64,000 bases of DNA from Paraspadella gotoi (GCA_051294375.1 CM119266.1:14674755-14738754), one strand, 5' to 3'. Numbered from the stretch's first letter, positions 13,456-26,848 are shown. The notes: generated from the sequence alone by a model not told the origin. Numbers and translations are program-made.

Positions 13456-14277
13456 TATTTTATTTGCCACTGGGCTGGTTTGTGTTTTGGTGATCATCCG
13501 GGGCTGAGGGTATGTGAGTTTATCGTAATGGCGCGGAGCCTTGGTGTATCGTGTTGTGTTCTATGTGTTAGTATGGCCCGGGGTATTATTGATTTACCAT
13601 GGGACGCATTTTATTCAAGTATTCCGGTGTCCCAGGTCTTAGGCTTAGTGGTCCCAGGGTGGTTATTCTGTTTTTTTCTCATTGCTACTTATTGTTTTTA
13701 GCTGTGAGATGTTGGTTAGCGGCGCTGTATGTTTGATTGACCATCATTACTGTTTGTCTATCTTGTTGAGACGTATAGTTAGGTTGAATCGGTGTGGTAT
13801 TCCTAGTGTTCTGTACTGATTGTATATTATATGTATGTCTTATTTTATGTGCATACTATTACGCTCATCGGTGTGACGATCATGCCCGTTATTTTTGTTT
13901 TCAGTGAATCTGAATTGATTTAGGGTGCTTAGTGGTAGATCCACGATAGTAGTGTTGCCTCGTTTTGAGTAACCCCAGCCTTACCCCAGCCTTCGCCTTA
14001 CCCCAGCCTTACCCCAGCCTCGCCCTAAATACCCAGCCTTACCCCAGCCTTCGCCTACCCCAGCCTTACCCCAGCCTTCGCCTCTACCCAGCCCTACCCC
14101 GCCTCGCCGTCCCCGCCTTACCCCACCTTCGCCTTACCCCAGCCTTCTCCTTACCCCAGCCTTACCCCAGCCTTCGCCTTACCCCAGCCTTCGCCTTACC
14201 CAGCCTTACCCCAGCCTTCGCCCAGGCTTCCCCCAGAACCTTTTGTCCGCTTNNNNNNNNNNNNNNNNNNNNNNNNN

Positions 14278-15472
14278 TCGGTTCTGTCTGGTTTCCTTCG
14301 CCTTCCCAGCCTTACCCAGCCTTCGCCTTACCCCAGCCTTACCCCAGCTTCGCCTTACCCCAGCCTTACCCCAGCCTGCCTTACAACCCAGCCTTACCCC
14401 AGCCTTCGCCTTACCCCAGCCTACCCCAGCCTTCGCCTCTACCCACCCACCGCCTCGCCTACCCCCTACCCCACTGCCTTCCAGCTCCTTACCGCCAGCC
14501 TTACCCCAGCCTTCGCCTTACCCCAGCCTTCGCCTTACCCCATGCCTTACCCCAGCTTCGCCCAGGCTTCCCCCAGAACCTTTTGTCCGTTTTACTCCTC
14601 CCCGAATTCACCCAACTCGATGTCACCCTTTTAAAATACTTATTTTGCCAAAATTCTCCGCCACCCAATTTTTCTCGACTTTTATTTTCTTTAATTTCCG
14701 GTCTTCGCCGTTTTCTCTTCATTTACTCATCCATTATCCATCAAAGTTTCCCCGTTTGCCAACCATTTCACCGAAACGAGACAGACGACGACGACGACGA
14801 TGACGATGACGACGACGACGAAACAGCCGACGATGACGACAAAAAACGATGATTGAGTCGAGAACGAAGACGACGACGTCAATGACGACGACGAACAATG
14901 TCGTGCGAATGTCAAGGATGATTTTAATAAAGCCAACCAAAAAAAAAAGTATTCAAATGGCTTCTGACTTTATTTGCATCGACAACAATGAATACGACTA
15001 ACAGACGAGACGAGACGAGAAGAAAAAGGAAAAAGAAGAATCATCATTATAGCGAGAAATTCTCCCGCTAACGGGAGGGTAAACGAGTTCGACTTACAAT
15101 AAAAATTACGAAACCATCAACGGAGAAGTTAAAAAGAAGCCAAGCGGACGAAACGAGGAGAGAAGGAGGGGGAAAAAAAAGAAATACGCCGAGAGAAAGA
15201 AGAGTGAAAGTGGGAGGAAAAAAAAGAAAGAAAGATTAAAAAGAAAAGAGAGAAAAGAATCGACGTATATCCAGTCCATTTGCGTGAAAATCCATTTTGC
15301 GTAAACGAAGATGACAAAGAGGAAATGGGATGTTGAAAAGGAACAAAGGGAAATACTAAAAGAGAGGAGGCAGCGGAGGGGAGGGGGGAGGGAGAGAGAG
15401 AGAGAAAGAGATGAGAGACGGAGAGAGAGAGAGATGAGAAGAGAGAGAGAGGAGAGACGGAGAGAGAGAGAG
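14278..15472 (-). repeat. Inverted copy of ~17425-18586 (equivalent to ~9660-10876)
   Basis: Starts tcggttctgtctggtttccttcgccttcccagcc, the exact reverse complement of ggctgggaaggcgaaggaaaccagacagaaccga near 18553-18586, and stays colinear for ~1.2 kb. Confidence 0.9.
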
Positions 15473-16221
15473 AACCGGAGATTACGACTCAGTTTCCGAT
15501 GAATTTTTTCGGCAGACGAGAACTTTTTAGGTAAATCGAAAGACAGAACCTGGATGCGAAGCGTTAATCTACAATCAAAAATACATACAACATAATATTA
15601 GTACATAAATTCGTAATAGTTAATAATTGGAAATCTTAAAATACTACTATAAAAAAAAAAAACCCTTTCGAATAAACGGCCTAAGAAAGAGAGAAAAAAA
15701 AGTCGAAACTGGAGGAGACAAAGAAACTCGGGAGCGACTGAGTCCCGCGCCACGATGAGGAGGAGGGGGAGGTAAAGAAGTAAGCGAAGAAAGAGGAGGA
15801 AAGGAAAAGGAGGAAAGGAAAAGGAGAAAAGATCGGGCGAACAAAGGAGTTCTGATAAGCGAAGAATTTGAATAATCGCCTTCTACCTCCGAACCCCGGT
15901 TCATCAAGGATCGCGGGGCGAGGAGAAGGGCTGGGTGGGTTGTTGGTTCCTGGTTTTTTGAGGGTAAGGTTTTGGGCGGTGATGAAGGTGAGTGAAAAGG
16001 TGGTGGCGTCCCGGTAAATAAGAGTTTCGGGGGCGGGGAAAGAGTAGGGAGTTCAGCGAACCGGTCCACGGAACGAAAACTTGTTGAGACCCTCATCGGC
16101 CTCACCCCGTCTTTGCCAAAACGGGTGAGTGACGTCGAGGGTGAGAAGATCGGGTCAACTCGTCCGACGTCGACGAACAAAAGACGAAAACTTGAGAGTG
16201 AAGTCGATGAACGAAGGATGA

Positions 16222-16505
16222 ATGGATGACAAAAGGAAGAAAAGAAAGAACGAAAGATTAACGAAAGATGATGACAAAAGGAAGAAAAGAAAGAACGAAA
16301 GATGAACGAAAGATGATGACAAAAGGAAGAAAAGAAAGAACGAAAGATGAACGAAAGATGATGACAAAAGGAAGAAAAGAGAGAACGAAATATGAACGAA
16401 AGATGATGACAAAAGGAAGAAAAGAAAGAACGAAAGATTAACGAAAGATGATGACAAAGGAAGAAAAGAAAGAACGAAAGATGAACGAAAGATGATGACA
16501 ATGAA
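16222..16505 (+). repeat. 45-bp tandem minisatellite (about 6 copies), consensus ATGACAAAAGGAAGAAAAGAAAGAACGAAAGATGAACGAAAGATG
   Basis: The period shows as the 15-aa repeat SFFSSFCHHLSFIFR in the minus-strand ORF. Noisier copies lie at ~11640-11930 and ~19352-19630 within segment E. Confidence 0.9.
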
Positions 16506-17391
16506 CGAAAGGCTAGCTAAGTAAAGGAGACGTAGTACTAAATAGGGAAAAAAGAAACGTAGTTCGTCTATGAAATTATTTAATGAATTGAAAATTTTTA
16601 TGATGATTGAACCAATTTCATACAGCAAAGATGCGCTCTATGTCAATAATAAAAACTTAGAAAAAATAATTAATGGAATAAAATAAAATAGTAATTGAGT
16701 CGAAGGTCAAACTAATGAAAGCCGAGGAATGTGAAATTATCCATGAATTCACATTGAGCTCGGATAAGTAATATATAGTCCAAGCGACTTCGGGAAAGTG
16801 AAGCTGTTTTTACGCTTCGTCGAAACCAAATCACCATGACGACGGAAAATGTGTCTTCTGTCACTTTGACGCTTCCGGACTGTTACACTTGTGCCAACTC
16901 ATTAGGCTTTAAGACACAAACTTTACGTCAATGTTAAGACGATCCAAAATAATGCTTAATATTATCTAGTTTATATCGACAATGCCGGGAAATGCAAAAC
17001 AAACAAACTAAAGGCGAGAGTCGGAATGTCGCTTCGACAAAAAAGACTACGAACGACATTTTCTACTCCCTTTACTCCGAAACAACCCACCACCTCTACC
17101 GTATGCAAATGAGAGTCAAGGGTTATGGTTTTGGTAAATGAGCGCTAAGCGAGTGATGCATGGTCTCTCTCTCTCTCTCTCTACTCTCTCTCTTTCCGCG
17201 CACCCTCTCTTATGTTGGGTCGTGCGAGAGAAGCAGTTGGTGTCATATGATTAATGAACAAAATTCGTGCAACAGCCCCCAGAAAAAAAAAAGAAAAAAG
17301 AAAAAAATGAGAGAAAAAGAAAAACTGCGAAAAATGTAGACTACAGCTCTTTGGAAGCGAGAACAATATCGAGGGGGGTGGGAGGAATTGA

Positions 17392-17424
<33 letters not shown>

Positions 17425-20400
17425 CTCTCTCTCTCGTCTCTCCTCTCTCTCTCTCATCTCTCTCTCTCTCCGTCTCTCATCTCTCTCTCTCTCTCTCCGG
17501 CTCCCCACCTCCCCTCCCTGCCTCCTCTCTTTTAGTATTTCCCTTTGTTCCTTTTCACAATCCATTTCCTCTTTGTCATCTTCGTTTTACGCAAAATGAT
17601 TTTCACAGCAAATGGACTGGAATACGTCGATTCTTTCTCTCTTTTCTTTTTAATCTTTCCTTTCTTTTTTTTTCCTCCCTACTTTCACTCTTCTTTTCTC
17701 TCGGCGATTTCTTTTTTCCCCCTCCTTCTCTCCTCGTTTCGTCCCTTGGCTTCTATTTTAACTTTCTCCGTTGATGGTTTCGTAATTTTTATTGTAAGTC
17801 GAACTCGTTTACCCCTCCCGTTTAGCGGGAAGATTTTCTCGCTATAAAGTGAGTTCTTCTTTTTCCTTTTTCTTCCTTATTCGTCTGTTAGTCGTATTCA
17901 TGTTGTCGATGCAAATAAAGTCAGAAGCCATTTGAATACTTTTTTTTTTGGTTTGGCTTTTTATAAATCATCCTTGACATTCGCACGACATTGTTCGTCG
18001 TCGTCATTGACGTCGTCGTCTTCGTTCTCGACTCAATCAATCGTTTTTGGTCGTCATCGTCGGCTGTTTGTCGTCGTGTCATCGTCATCGTCGTCGTCGT
18101 CGTCGTCTCGTTTCGGTGAATGGTTGGCAAACGGGGAAACTTTGATGGATAATGGATGAGTAATGAAGAGAGAACGGCGAAGACCGGAAATTAAAAGAAA
18201 ATAAAAAGTCGAGAAAAATTGGGTGGCGGAGAATTTTGGCAAAATAAGTATTAAAAAGGTGACATCGAGTTGGGTGAATTCGGGGAGGGAGTAAAACGGA
18301 CAAAAGGTTGGGGGAAGCCTGGGCGAAGCTGGGGTAAGGCATGGGGTAAGGCGAAGGCTGGGGTAAGGCGAAGGCTGGGGTAAGGCTGGCGGTAAGGCGG
18401 AAGGCTGGGGGTAAGGCTGGGGTGAGGCGAAGGCTGGGGTAGGCTGGGGTAAGGCGACAGGCTGGGGTAAGGCTGGGTGTAAGGCAAGGCTGGGGTAAGG
18501 CTGGGGTAAGGCGAAGCTGGGGTAAGGCTGGGGTAAGGCGAAGGCTGGGTAAGGCTGGGAAGGCGAAGGAAACCAGACAGAACCGAACCGGAGAATTACG
18601 ACTCAGTTTTCCGATGAATTTTTTTCGGCAGACGAAAGACTTTTTAGGTAAAATCGAAAGAACAGAACCTGGATGCCGAAGCGTTAATTCTAGCCAATCA
18701 AAAATACATACAACATAATATTGTACAGTAAATTCGAATAGTAATAATTGGAAATCTTAAAATACTACTATAAACAAAAAAAACCTTCGAATAAACGGCC
18801 TAAAAAAAGAAAGAGAGCAAAAAAAGTCGAAACTGGAGGAGACCAAGAAACTGGGAGCGACTGAGTCCCGCGCCACGATGAGGAGGAGGGGGAAGGTAAA
18901 GAAGTAAGCGAAGAACAGAGAGGAAAGGAAAAGGAGGAAAGGAAAAAGGAGAAAAGATGGGACAGAACAAGAGGAGTTTCTGATAAGCGAAGAAATTTGA
19001 ATAATTCGCCTTCTACCTCCAAACCCGGTTCATCAAAAGGATCGCGGGGCGAGGAAACAGGGCTGGGTGGGTTGTTTGGTTCCTGGTTTTTTGAAGGGTA
19101 ATGGTTTGGGCGGTGATGAAGGTGAGTGACAGGTGGTGGCGTTCCGGTAAATAAGAGTTTCGGGGGCCGGGGAAAGAGTAGGAGTTCAGCGAAACCGGTA
19201 CCACGGAACGAAAACTTGTTGAGACCCTCATCGGGCGCTCAGCCGCCGTCTTTGCAAAACGGGTGAGTGACGTCGAGGTGAGAAGATCGGGTCAACTCGC
19301 CGACGTCGACGACACAGACGAAAACTGAGAGTGAAGTCGATGAACGAGGATGAATGATGACAAAAGGAGGAAAAGAAAGAACGAAGATTAAACGAAAGAT
19401 GATGACAAAAGGAGAAAAGAAAGAAGAAGATTGAACGAAGATGATGACAAAAGGAAGAAAAGAAAGAACGAAAGATGAAACGAAAAGATGATGACAAAAG
19501 GAAGAAAAGAGAGAACGAAATATGACGAAAGATTGATGACAAAAGGAAAAAAGAAAGACGAAAGTACGAAAGATGACTGACAAAGGAAGAAAAGAAAGAA
19601 CGAAGATGAACGAAAGATGATGACAATGAACGAAAGGCTAGCTAAGTAAGGAGACGTAGTACTAATAGGGAAAAAAGAAACGTGTTGTCTATGAAATTAT
19701 TTAATGAATTGAAATTTTTATGATGATTGAACCAATTTGCATACAGCAAAATGCGCTCTATGTCAATAATAAACCTTAGAAAAAATAATTAATGGAATAA
19801 AATAAAATAGTAATTGAGTCGAAGGTCAAACTAATGAAAGCCGAGGAATGTGAATTATCCATGAATTCACATTGAGCTCGATAAGTAATATATAAGTCGC
19901 AAGCGACTTCGGGAAAGTGAAGCTGTTTTACGCTTCGTCGAAACCAATCACCTGACGACCGGAAAATGTGGTCTTCTGTCACTTTACGCTTCCGGACTGT
20001 TACAAATCCTTGTGCCAACATCATTAGCTTTAAACACAAACTTTACGTAAGTTAAGACGAATCAAAATAATGTTAATATTATCTATGTTTAATATCGACA
20101 ATGCGGAAATGCCACAACAAACAAACTAAAGGCGAGGTCGGAATGTCCGCTTCGACAAAAAAGACTAAGAACGACATTTTCACTCCCTTTACTCCGAAAG
20201 CAACGTCCACCACCTCTACCGTATGCAATGGAGAGTCAAGGGTATGGTTTTGGTAAATTGAGCGCATAAGCGAGTGATGCATGGTCTTCTCTCTCTTCTC
20301 TCCTCTCTCGTCTCTCTCCTCGTCATCTCTCTCTTCGTCTCTTCTCTCTCTCTATCTCTCTCTCTCACTCTCTCTCTTCGCGGCACCCCTCTTTATGTGG

Positions 20401-20657
20401 GTCGGCGAGAGAAAAGCGTGGTGTCATAACTGATTAATGAACAAAATCGTGGCACAGCCCCCGAAAAAAAGAAAAAAGAAAAAAATGAGAGAAAAAGAAA
20501 AACTGCGAAAATGTAGAACTACAGCTCTTTGGAAGCGAAGAAACAATATCGAGGGGGGTGGGAGAATTGAAAGAAAGAAAGAAAGATAAGAAAGAAAGAA
20601 AGAAAAGAAAGACAGAAAGGCAAGAAGAAAGAAAGAAGAAAGAAGAAAGAAAGAAAA

Positions 20658-20706
<49 letters not shown>

Positions 20707-21642
20707 AAACCAAAGAGTTAGAGAGAGAGTGNNNNNNNNNNNNNNNNNNNNNNNNNAGTGTATGGAGGTTGGCAGTAATAAAGTAGCTCCCGCCTCCAAT
20801 GATCATTCATCTCGTTCGTTCGGCTTATGAATCCGTTGTGCGGCCGCGCGTGAGAACGACTCGGGGTCTCGTGGCTCGCGGAAGAGAATTCGGGGGCCGA
20901 CGAAGGCTGAGCCGACACGGTTGCGTTACCCGCCATTGATAAGCCGACATAGCGGGGAGAAAGCCGACGAGAATACGGCGAACAAATCTTAGGAGAGGCA
21001 CGTCAGTCACGAGGCTACTGGTTTTAGATCCAGTCCTGATTCGGATCAAGTTCATAACGTAGTTTTAGAAGGGACAAGAGATCGGTGCCGCCTTATAATC
21101 AAGGATGCTAATGGACAAAAGAACAATCATTGGAAAGGCAAATTGTTAACTCGAGATCCATAGACAACAGAGTGTTTTGTTTCATTCAAAACAAACAGCG
21201 ACGAATCTAATGTTCGCTTAAATTCGGGGACGCAGATTCAATTCAGCGTATTCCATTCGGCACCGCGGATTAGAAGCGGAGGGCGATCGAGGGTCGCGTT
21301 AATCGTTTCGGTGGAACCGGAAACGAGAAGTCGGAAGTCATTTAGAGGTCGGGCGATCATTGGTCGAGACGGTCATTGCTCGATCTGCTCATTGGACGAC
21401 TAATAATTCCGCCAATCGCTGATCGGCCAATGATTAATCGCGTTAAAATCGGGACAAAGACTGCTTTAGCGTCGCAAATGGCAGATATGATTGCCTTAGC
21501 ACTAGTAATTATCTTTATACATAAGTATCTCCCCTGTCTTATTAACTTACTATTTCATTTTTTTTTTCAGAATAAAAAAAAAATAGCGATTCGTGAATAA
21601 AAGAAAAAACAAAACAAAAAACTCGAGACGCTGAGAAACCCC

Positions 21643-21660
21643 GAGCGCCATCTTTGGTGG
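21643..21660 (-). promoter_or_regulatory. CTCF-like motif
   Basis: Minus strand reads CCACCAAAGATGGCGCTC, resembling the CTCF core CCASYAGRKGGCGC. Confidence 0.35.
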
Positions 21661-21771
21661 CGGCGAGAAAAGAAAAATGGCCGTGGAACCGGAGATAAGA
21701 AAAGACAAAAGATAAAGGGAAACCCGGAAGAGAAAATATAAAGAGAGAGAGAGAGAAACAGAGAGTGAGAC

Positions 21772-21807
<36 letters not shown>

Positions 21808-22560
21808 AGAAAGTCCACGGATGAAATACGTTGGCAACCAGCAAAAGCAAAAGCGTTTCTTAGTAAAAATCCGCTCTTTTACCTAACGGTTTTTCAGGTG
21901 AACGAGAAAGAGAAACGCTTGCTTGTTTGCTTGGTTTCTTCCTTCGCAATAATTTTGAAAAGAGGACGACGAAAAAAAAAAAAGAATGGCAAAAAAAAAA
22001 AAGAAAGAAAGAAAAAAAAAGGAGGAAGGGAAGCGGAGGAAGAGAAGATACGGAGGGTAATTTATGACCAAAGGCCTCAGAGATCAAGGGGCCAGGATGT
22101 AAATTCCAGTTAATGGAAAACTCTAATCCGAGTTTGGGATTGTGGCGCGCGAGCGAGATAGAGAAAGAGTGCAAAGAGAGAGAGAGAGAGAGAGCTCTTG
22201 TTTTAAACATACAACTACTCTTTNNNNNNNNNNAACCTGATTTATGGGATCCCTACGTGGTTCGCTCTCGCGCCGACGCCGCGTTCGTTTCCATGGCGAC
22301 CGACTCACTTTTTTTTCTCTCTCTCGTTGTAAATTTACGCGACGTTTAATCGAACTACAGTTTGGGAACCTTGAATGACGGGAAGTTGAAAAAGGGAAAC
22401 TGTATTTTCCTTGTGTTTCTATAGAACAAAAAAAAAGGCAAATAATTATTGATTTACTGATTAAAAAATCGAAAAAAATAAAAAAAAATAAATAAAATTA
22501 GAAGCGTTCCATATAAAACGTAGTTCGGGTCGGATCCAATCGATAAGAATCCTCTTCCTC

Positions 22561-22564
22561 ATCG

Positions 22565-22632
<68 letters not shown>

Positions 22633-22650
22633 GTCGTCGTCGTCGTCGTC
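22561..22650. repeat. (CAT)n grading into (CGT)n compound microsatellite
   Basis: Seen directly. Confidence 0.95.
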
Positions 22651-23191
22651 CTAATCCCGAACGTCGTCTTCATCGTCGTTATCTTCGTCGTCGTCGTCGT
22701 TATCTTGGTCGTCGTCGTCCTCGCGGTCCCACGAGTCCCATTCAACTTGGAGGAATGTCTTTTAACCAAATGACATTAATTCCATTCCCAGATGAATAAA
22801 GAAAACAAGCGTTTTAGTCGTCGTCGTCGTCGTCGTCTTCGTCTTCGTCGGGATCGTCGTCGTGAACGATGGCGTTGGAACTATTAGCTTCGTTTTTGTT
22901 CCTCTTTTTTTTTGTTGTGTTACGACATGCAAAATTAAAAATGCTAATTTCTCGCCTTATGCAAATTACTTTTTTTCCCCCATTCTCGCGAAATCCTACT
23001 TTTTTTTTTTGGTGAAGGCAACTTTCCTGAAATGACATTCGGTTCAAGGTTGTATAGCTATCGTCGTCGTATTCGTCGTCGTCGTCGTCGTCGTCGTCAC
23101 CATTGTGGGCGTAGACGACCTCATCATTTGCATATCTTTGCTTTATTTATTTTTCTCAACTTTTCGTTAAGCTTTAATTAGTATTTCGGAA

Positions 23192-23245
<54 letters not shown>

Positions 23246-23284
23246 GCTCTCCTCCTCTCTCTCTCTCCCGGCTCTCTTCTCTCT

Positions 23285-24179
23285 CTCTGTTCAGTCTCTG
23301 TCTGCTCTCTTTCTCTCACGATTCCCGCTCTTCAACTTCTAATCCGCTCCTTAAATATTCCATACCAGTCGTTTACTTTTATTTTTCATACCGTCACTCC
23401 GTGTCCGCGCGGCGTTCGCTAAAAAAAGTAATTTCGGAAATTTAGTTTTAAGAAAACACAGTGGAAGCTAAAAAAAATTCATGCCCAATAAAATGACAGA
23501 AAAGCGGGAAATCTCTCGTGCGACGGGTTCCTAATTAAACGGACCTATGCATAGATAAAATGCGACACATTTATCTAATAGAAACTGTTCTCAATGGCGA
23601 GAAACCCCCTCTTGATTAATCCAATGCCATTATTCAGAACCGTCCTCGTCTTACGCGCCGCGTTACAAAACGTTGGTGTGGTCCCAGCGGCAAAGTCTTC
23701 ACTTGCTTTTCTATTACTGTTCATTTCTTTGTAAATATTCTCCTTGGCGGGAAATTGTATGGCGTCTACATATATTTATAAGACAAAAATAATAGTGCCC
23801 AGAGTTGTATGGTTCTGCGCAACCCTGTTCACAATGTTTATTTAAATGCCCTGACAACAAAGAACTTAGTTTAATATAAATGATATAAATCCGTTTACTG
23901 GCGATATTTAACGCGCGTACCTCGGCGTCGTTGCCTGCGATGTCCTTGTTGTTTTTCGCGTCTTGCGTTCACTGCTCGGTCCAGTTTCGCTGTTTTGCCT
24001 TTCATCGTCACCAGACAACAACGCGCGGCAGGGCCCTTTTCACGCGGTCTTGTCCGAATCCCATTTTCCTGAAGTGCTTTGATGTGGAAAGCACAGCAAT
24101 GTTCTACTGATTTAGAAACGGAGCAGAGAAGCCAGGAGAGAGAGAGAGAGAGAAGAGAGACGAGGAGAGAGGAGAGAGA

Positions 24180-24213
<34 letters not shown>

Positions 24214-25099
24214 AGAGACCTGTAAAAAGTTGAACAAAGTCGACGGTGAAAAAAAAAATCTGTAAGGGGAAAAACAGCGGAGGACAGAATATAGATGGAT
24301 GTACGGAGAAAGTCTGAGAAGAANNNNNNNNNNNNNNNNNNNNNNNNNTCTCTCTGTTCACTTTCTCCCTCTTTCAAGCTCTCCTAATCCGCTCTTAAAT
24401 ATTCCATACCATGTTTACTTTTATTTTTCATCCTCAGCCCGCGCGCGTTCGTTAAAAAAAAAGTATTTGGAATTTATTTAAAAAAAATGGAAGCTAAAAA
24501 AAAATTCATCCAATAAATATGACAGAAAAGCGGATCTCTCGTGCGACGGGTTCTAATTAAAAACCTATGCATAGATAAAATCGACCCATTTATCTTAATG
24601 AGAAATTTCTCAATCGAGAAACCCCCTCTTGATTAATCATGCCATTATTCAGAACCGTCCCTCTTACGCGCCGCGTTACAAAACGTTGGTGTGGCCCAGA
24701 AAGTCTTCACTTGCTTTTCTATTACTTTCATTTCTTGTTAAATATTCTCCTTGGCGGGAAAATGTATGGCGTCTATATATTTATAAAAAAAAATATCGCC
24801 CAAGTTGATGGTTCTGCAACTTTCACAATTTTTTTAAAATCCCTGACATACAAAAGAACTTAGTTTAATAATAAATGATATAAATACGTTTACTCGTCAT
24901 ATTTAACCCCGTACCGCGTCGTTCCTCGATGTCCTTTTGTTTTTCGCGTCTCTCGTTACTCTCGTCCCAGTTTCGCTGTTTTGCTTTCATCGTCCCAACA
25001 ACAACGACGCGCAGGGCTTTTCACGCGTCATGTTCCGAATCCATTTTTTATCTTTGATGAAGCAAGCAAATGTTTACTGATTTAGAAACGAGAGAGAAG

Positions 25100-25165
<66 letters not shown>

Positions 25166-25268
25166 CTGAAAAAAGTGAAAAATCGACGGTGAAAAAAAAA
25201 AATCTAAGGGGGAAAAACAGCGGAGGACAGAATAATAGATGGATGTAAGGAGAAAGTCTGAGAAGATT
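23285..25268 (+). repeat. Tandem duplicate of ~1 kb (23285-24323 vs 24349-25268) around a 25-N gap
   Basis: Both copies carry ctaatccgctc, cctatgcatagataaaa, cttacgcgccgcgttacaaaacgttggtgtgg and ggagaaagtctgagaaga. The left copy is longer through scattered single-base insertions. Confidence 0.92.
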
Positions 25269-26752
25269 ATAGGGAAGGAAAGAAAGATAAAATGGGGAGT
25301 AAGAAAACATGCAAAGATAAGAGAGAGAAAGGAATAAAGAAAGATTTACAAGATAAGAATGCGTTGTAAAACGATGAGGCAATAAGTTTGCCCTTTAAAA
25401 TTTATGTAAATGGTTATTCTGAATATTAGTATTGTGAATGTAAACAACTAAATCTCGATAAAATTACTAGGTGGACCATACAGCGTTTTTCTTTCAAGCG
25501 TTGGACATTTGATGGATGCGAATTGTAAATGTAAATTCATTTGTAAAACGCAAAATTTGTTTTCTTGCCAAGGAACGACAACAGTATTGAAATGAGTATA
25601 AGGAAATAAGCGTATAAAATGTAATTGTGGAAAAAGTAAATACAAGACTTAACGCTATCACGAAAATATTTGTTTAAAAAACATATTTGGTAAGAAAGAT
25701 TGAAAAATATACCGAAAAATGGTTAAGTTTGTAAGTGAAATAGTTCCTTCAAACAATAAACGCGGAAGGTGGGGTTCGAAAGCTCTGAAAAAAAATGAAG
25801 AGAAAATCGAATAAGAATGGACAAGAAAGAGAAAGAAACTATAAAGGAAAGAGGAGTAGAGAGAGAGAGCAGAGAGAGATGAGGAAGAGAGAGGCAGAGA
25901 GAGAGACGGATAAAAAATGAAGGAAAAAAAGGGAGGAGAGAGCGACCGGGGACATAAATTCTAGCGTAGCGGCACGAAGAAGGAGGTAATCAAGAATCAT
26001 GTTCGGGGAGCTAAACGGCAGCCGCAAGGACTTGAATTGACGGGATGTGGAGGGGGGGAGGGGGAAGAGGGGAATAAAGGAGAGGAGGGGTAGGCGGTGA
26101 GGTCACGAAGAGGGGATCGGACGGAAAGAACGCGGAAGGGGATATTTAGAAAGGGATTGAAAAGTCGGACAGCGAAAGATTTGAGAGAAGCGGGGGAAAA
26201 ACTGAAATTGGGAAACAGGAATGGAATGGAATGGAACGGCGAGTTTGTCGAAAAGTCGATGGAATTATGGAGATTAGATGAGAGAATGGAATACGCTGAA
26301 ATAGGAAAAAAAATGAAAGAATAAAAAAACAATAAACAGTATAATAAACATTCTGAACTAATAAGATCGAAAGAGTTAAGACGCGACAAGGATGGAAGAT
26401 GACGGAAACGCGCGTAGGTTGAAAAAAAGAAAAGAGAAAAAAACGGAAATCGAACGAATAGGAAACGAAGCAAAGAAGAAAGGAAAGACCATTGAAAATA
26501 AAAAAAAAAAAAGCCATCAAAGAAAAAGACATGCAAAAAATCTTTCGCTTCGTTTGAAGGGAAAAGCATTTATTTCTATGACAGCAATAAAATAAAAGTT
26601 ATAATAAGGAAATGTCCGGGCGGAAGCACGGAAGGCATATTTTTTTTTCTTTTAAATGAGGAGGAAAGAGAAGGAGAGGGATTGTGAGAGAAGGTTGAGA
26701 GAGAGAGACCGAGAGAGAGAGAAGAGAGAGAAGAGAGAGGAGAGAGAGAGAG

Positions 26753-26848
26753 AGATAGATAGATAGCATAGCATAGATAGATAATAGATAGGATAGATAG
26801 ATAGATTAGATAGATAGATTAGAATAGATAGATAGTATTAGATAGATA
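26753..26848. repeat. Imperfect (GATA)n microsatellite
   Basis: Seen directly. Confidence 0.9.

Noticed and set aside
13965-14852. 295-aa Pro-rich ORF (PQPYPS repeats) resembling an extensin or cuticle-like protein
   Set aside because: It is a translation of the 11/17-bp minisatellite, spans an N gap, and its frame is not preserved in other copies.
15647-16501. 284-aa ORF with a 15-aa repeat
   Set aside because: It derives from the 45-bp minisatellite. The equivalent copies are frameshifted and no domain is recognisable.
20757-21060. GC-richer block after the third 25-N gap with short ORFs
   Set aside because: It is gap-adjacent and probably error-prone fill, with no recognisable product.
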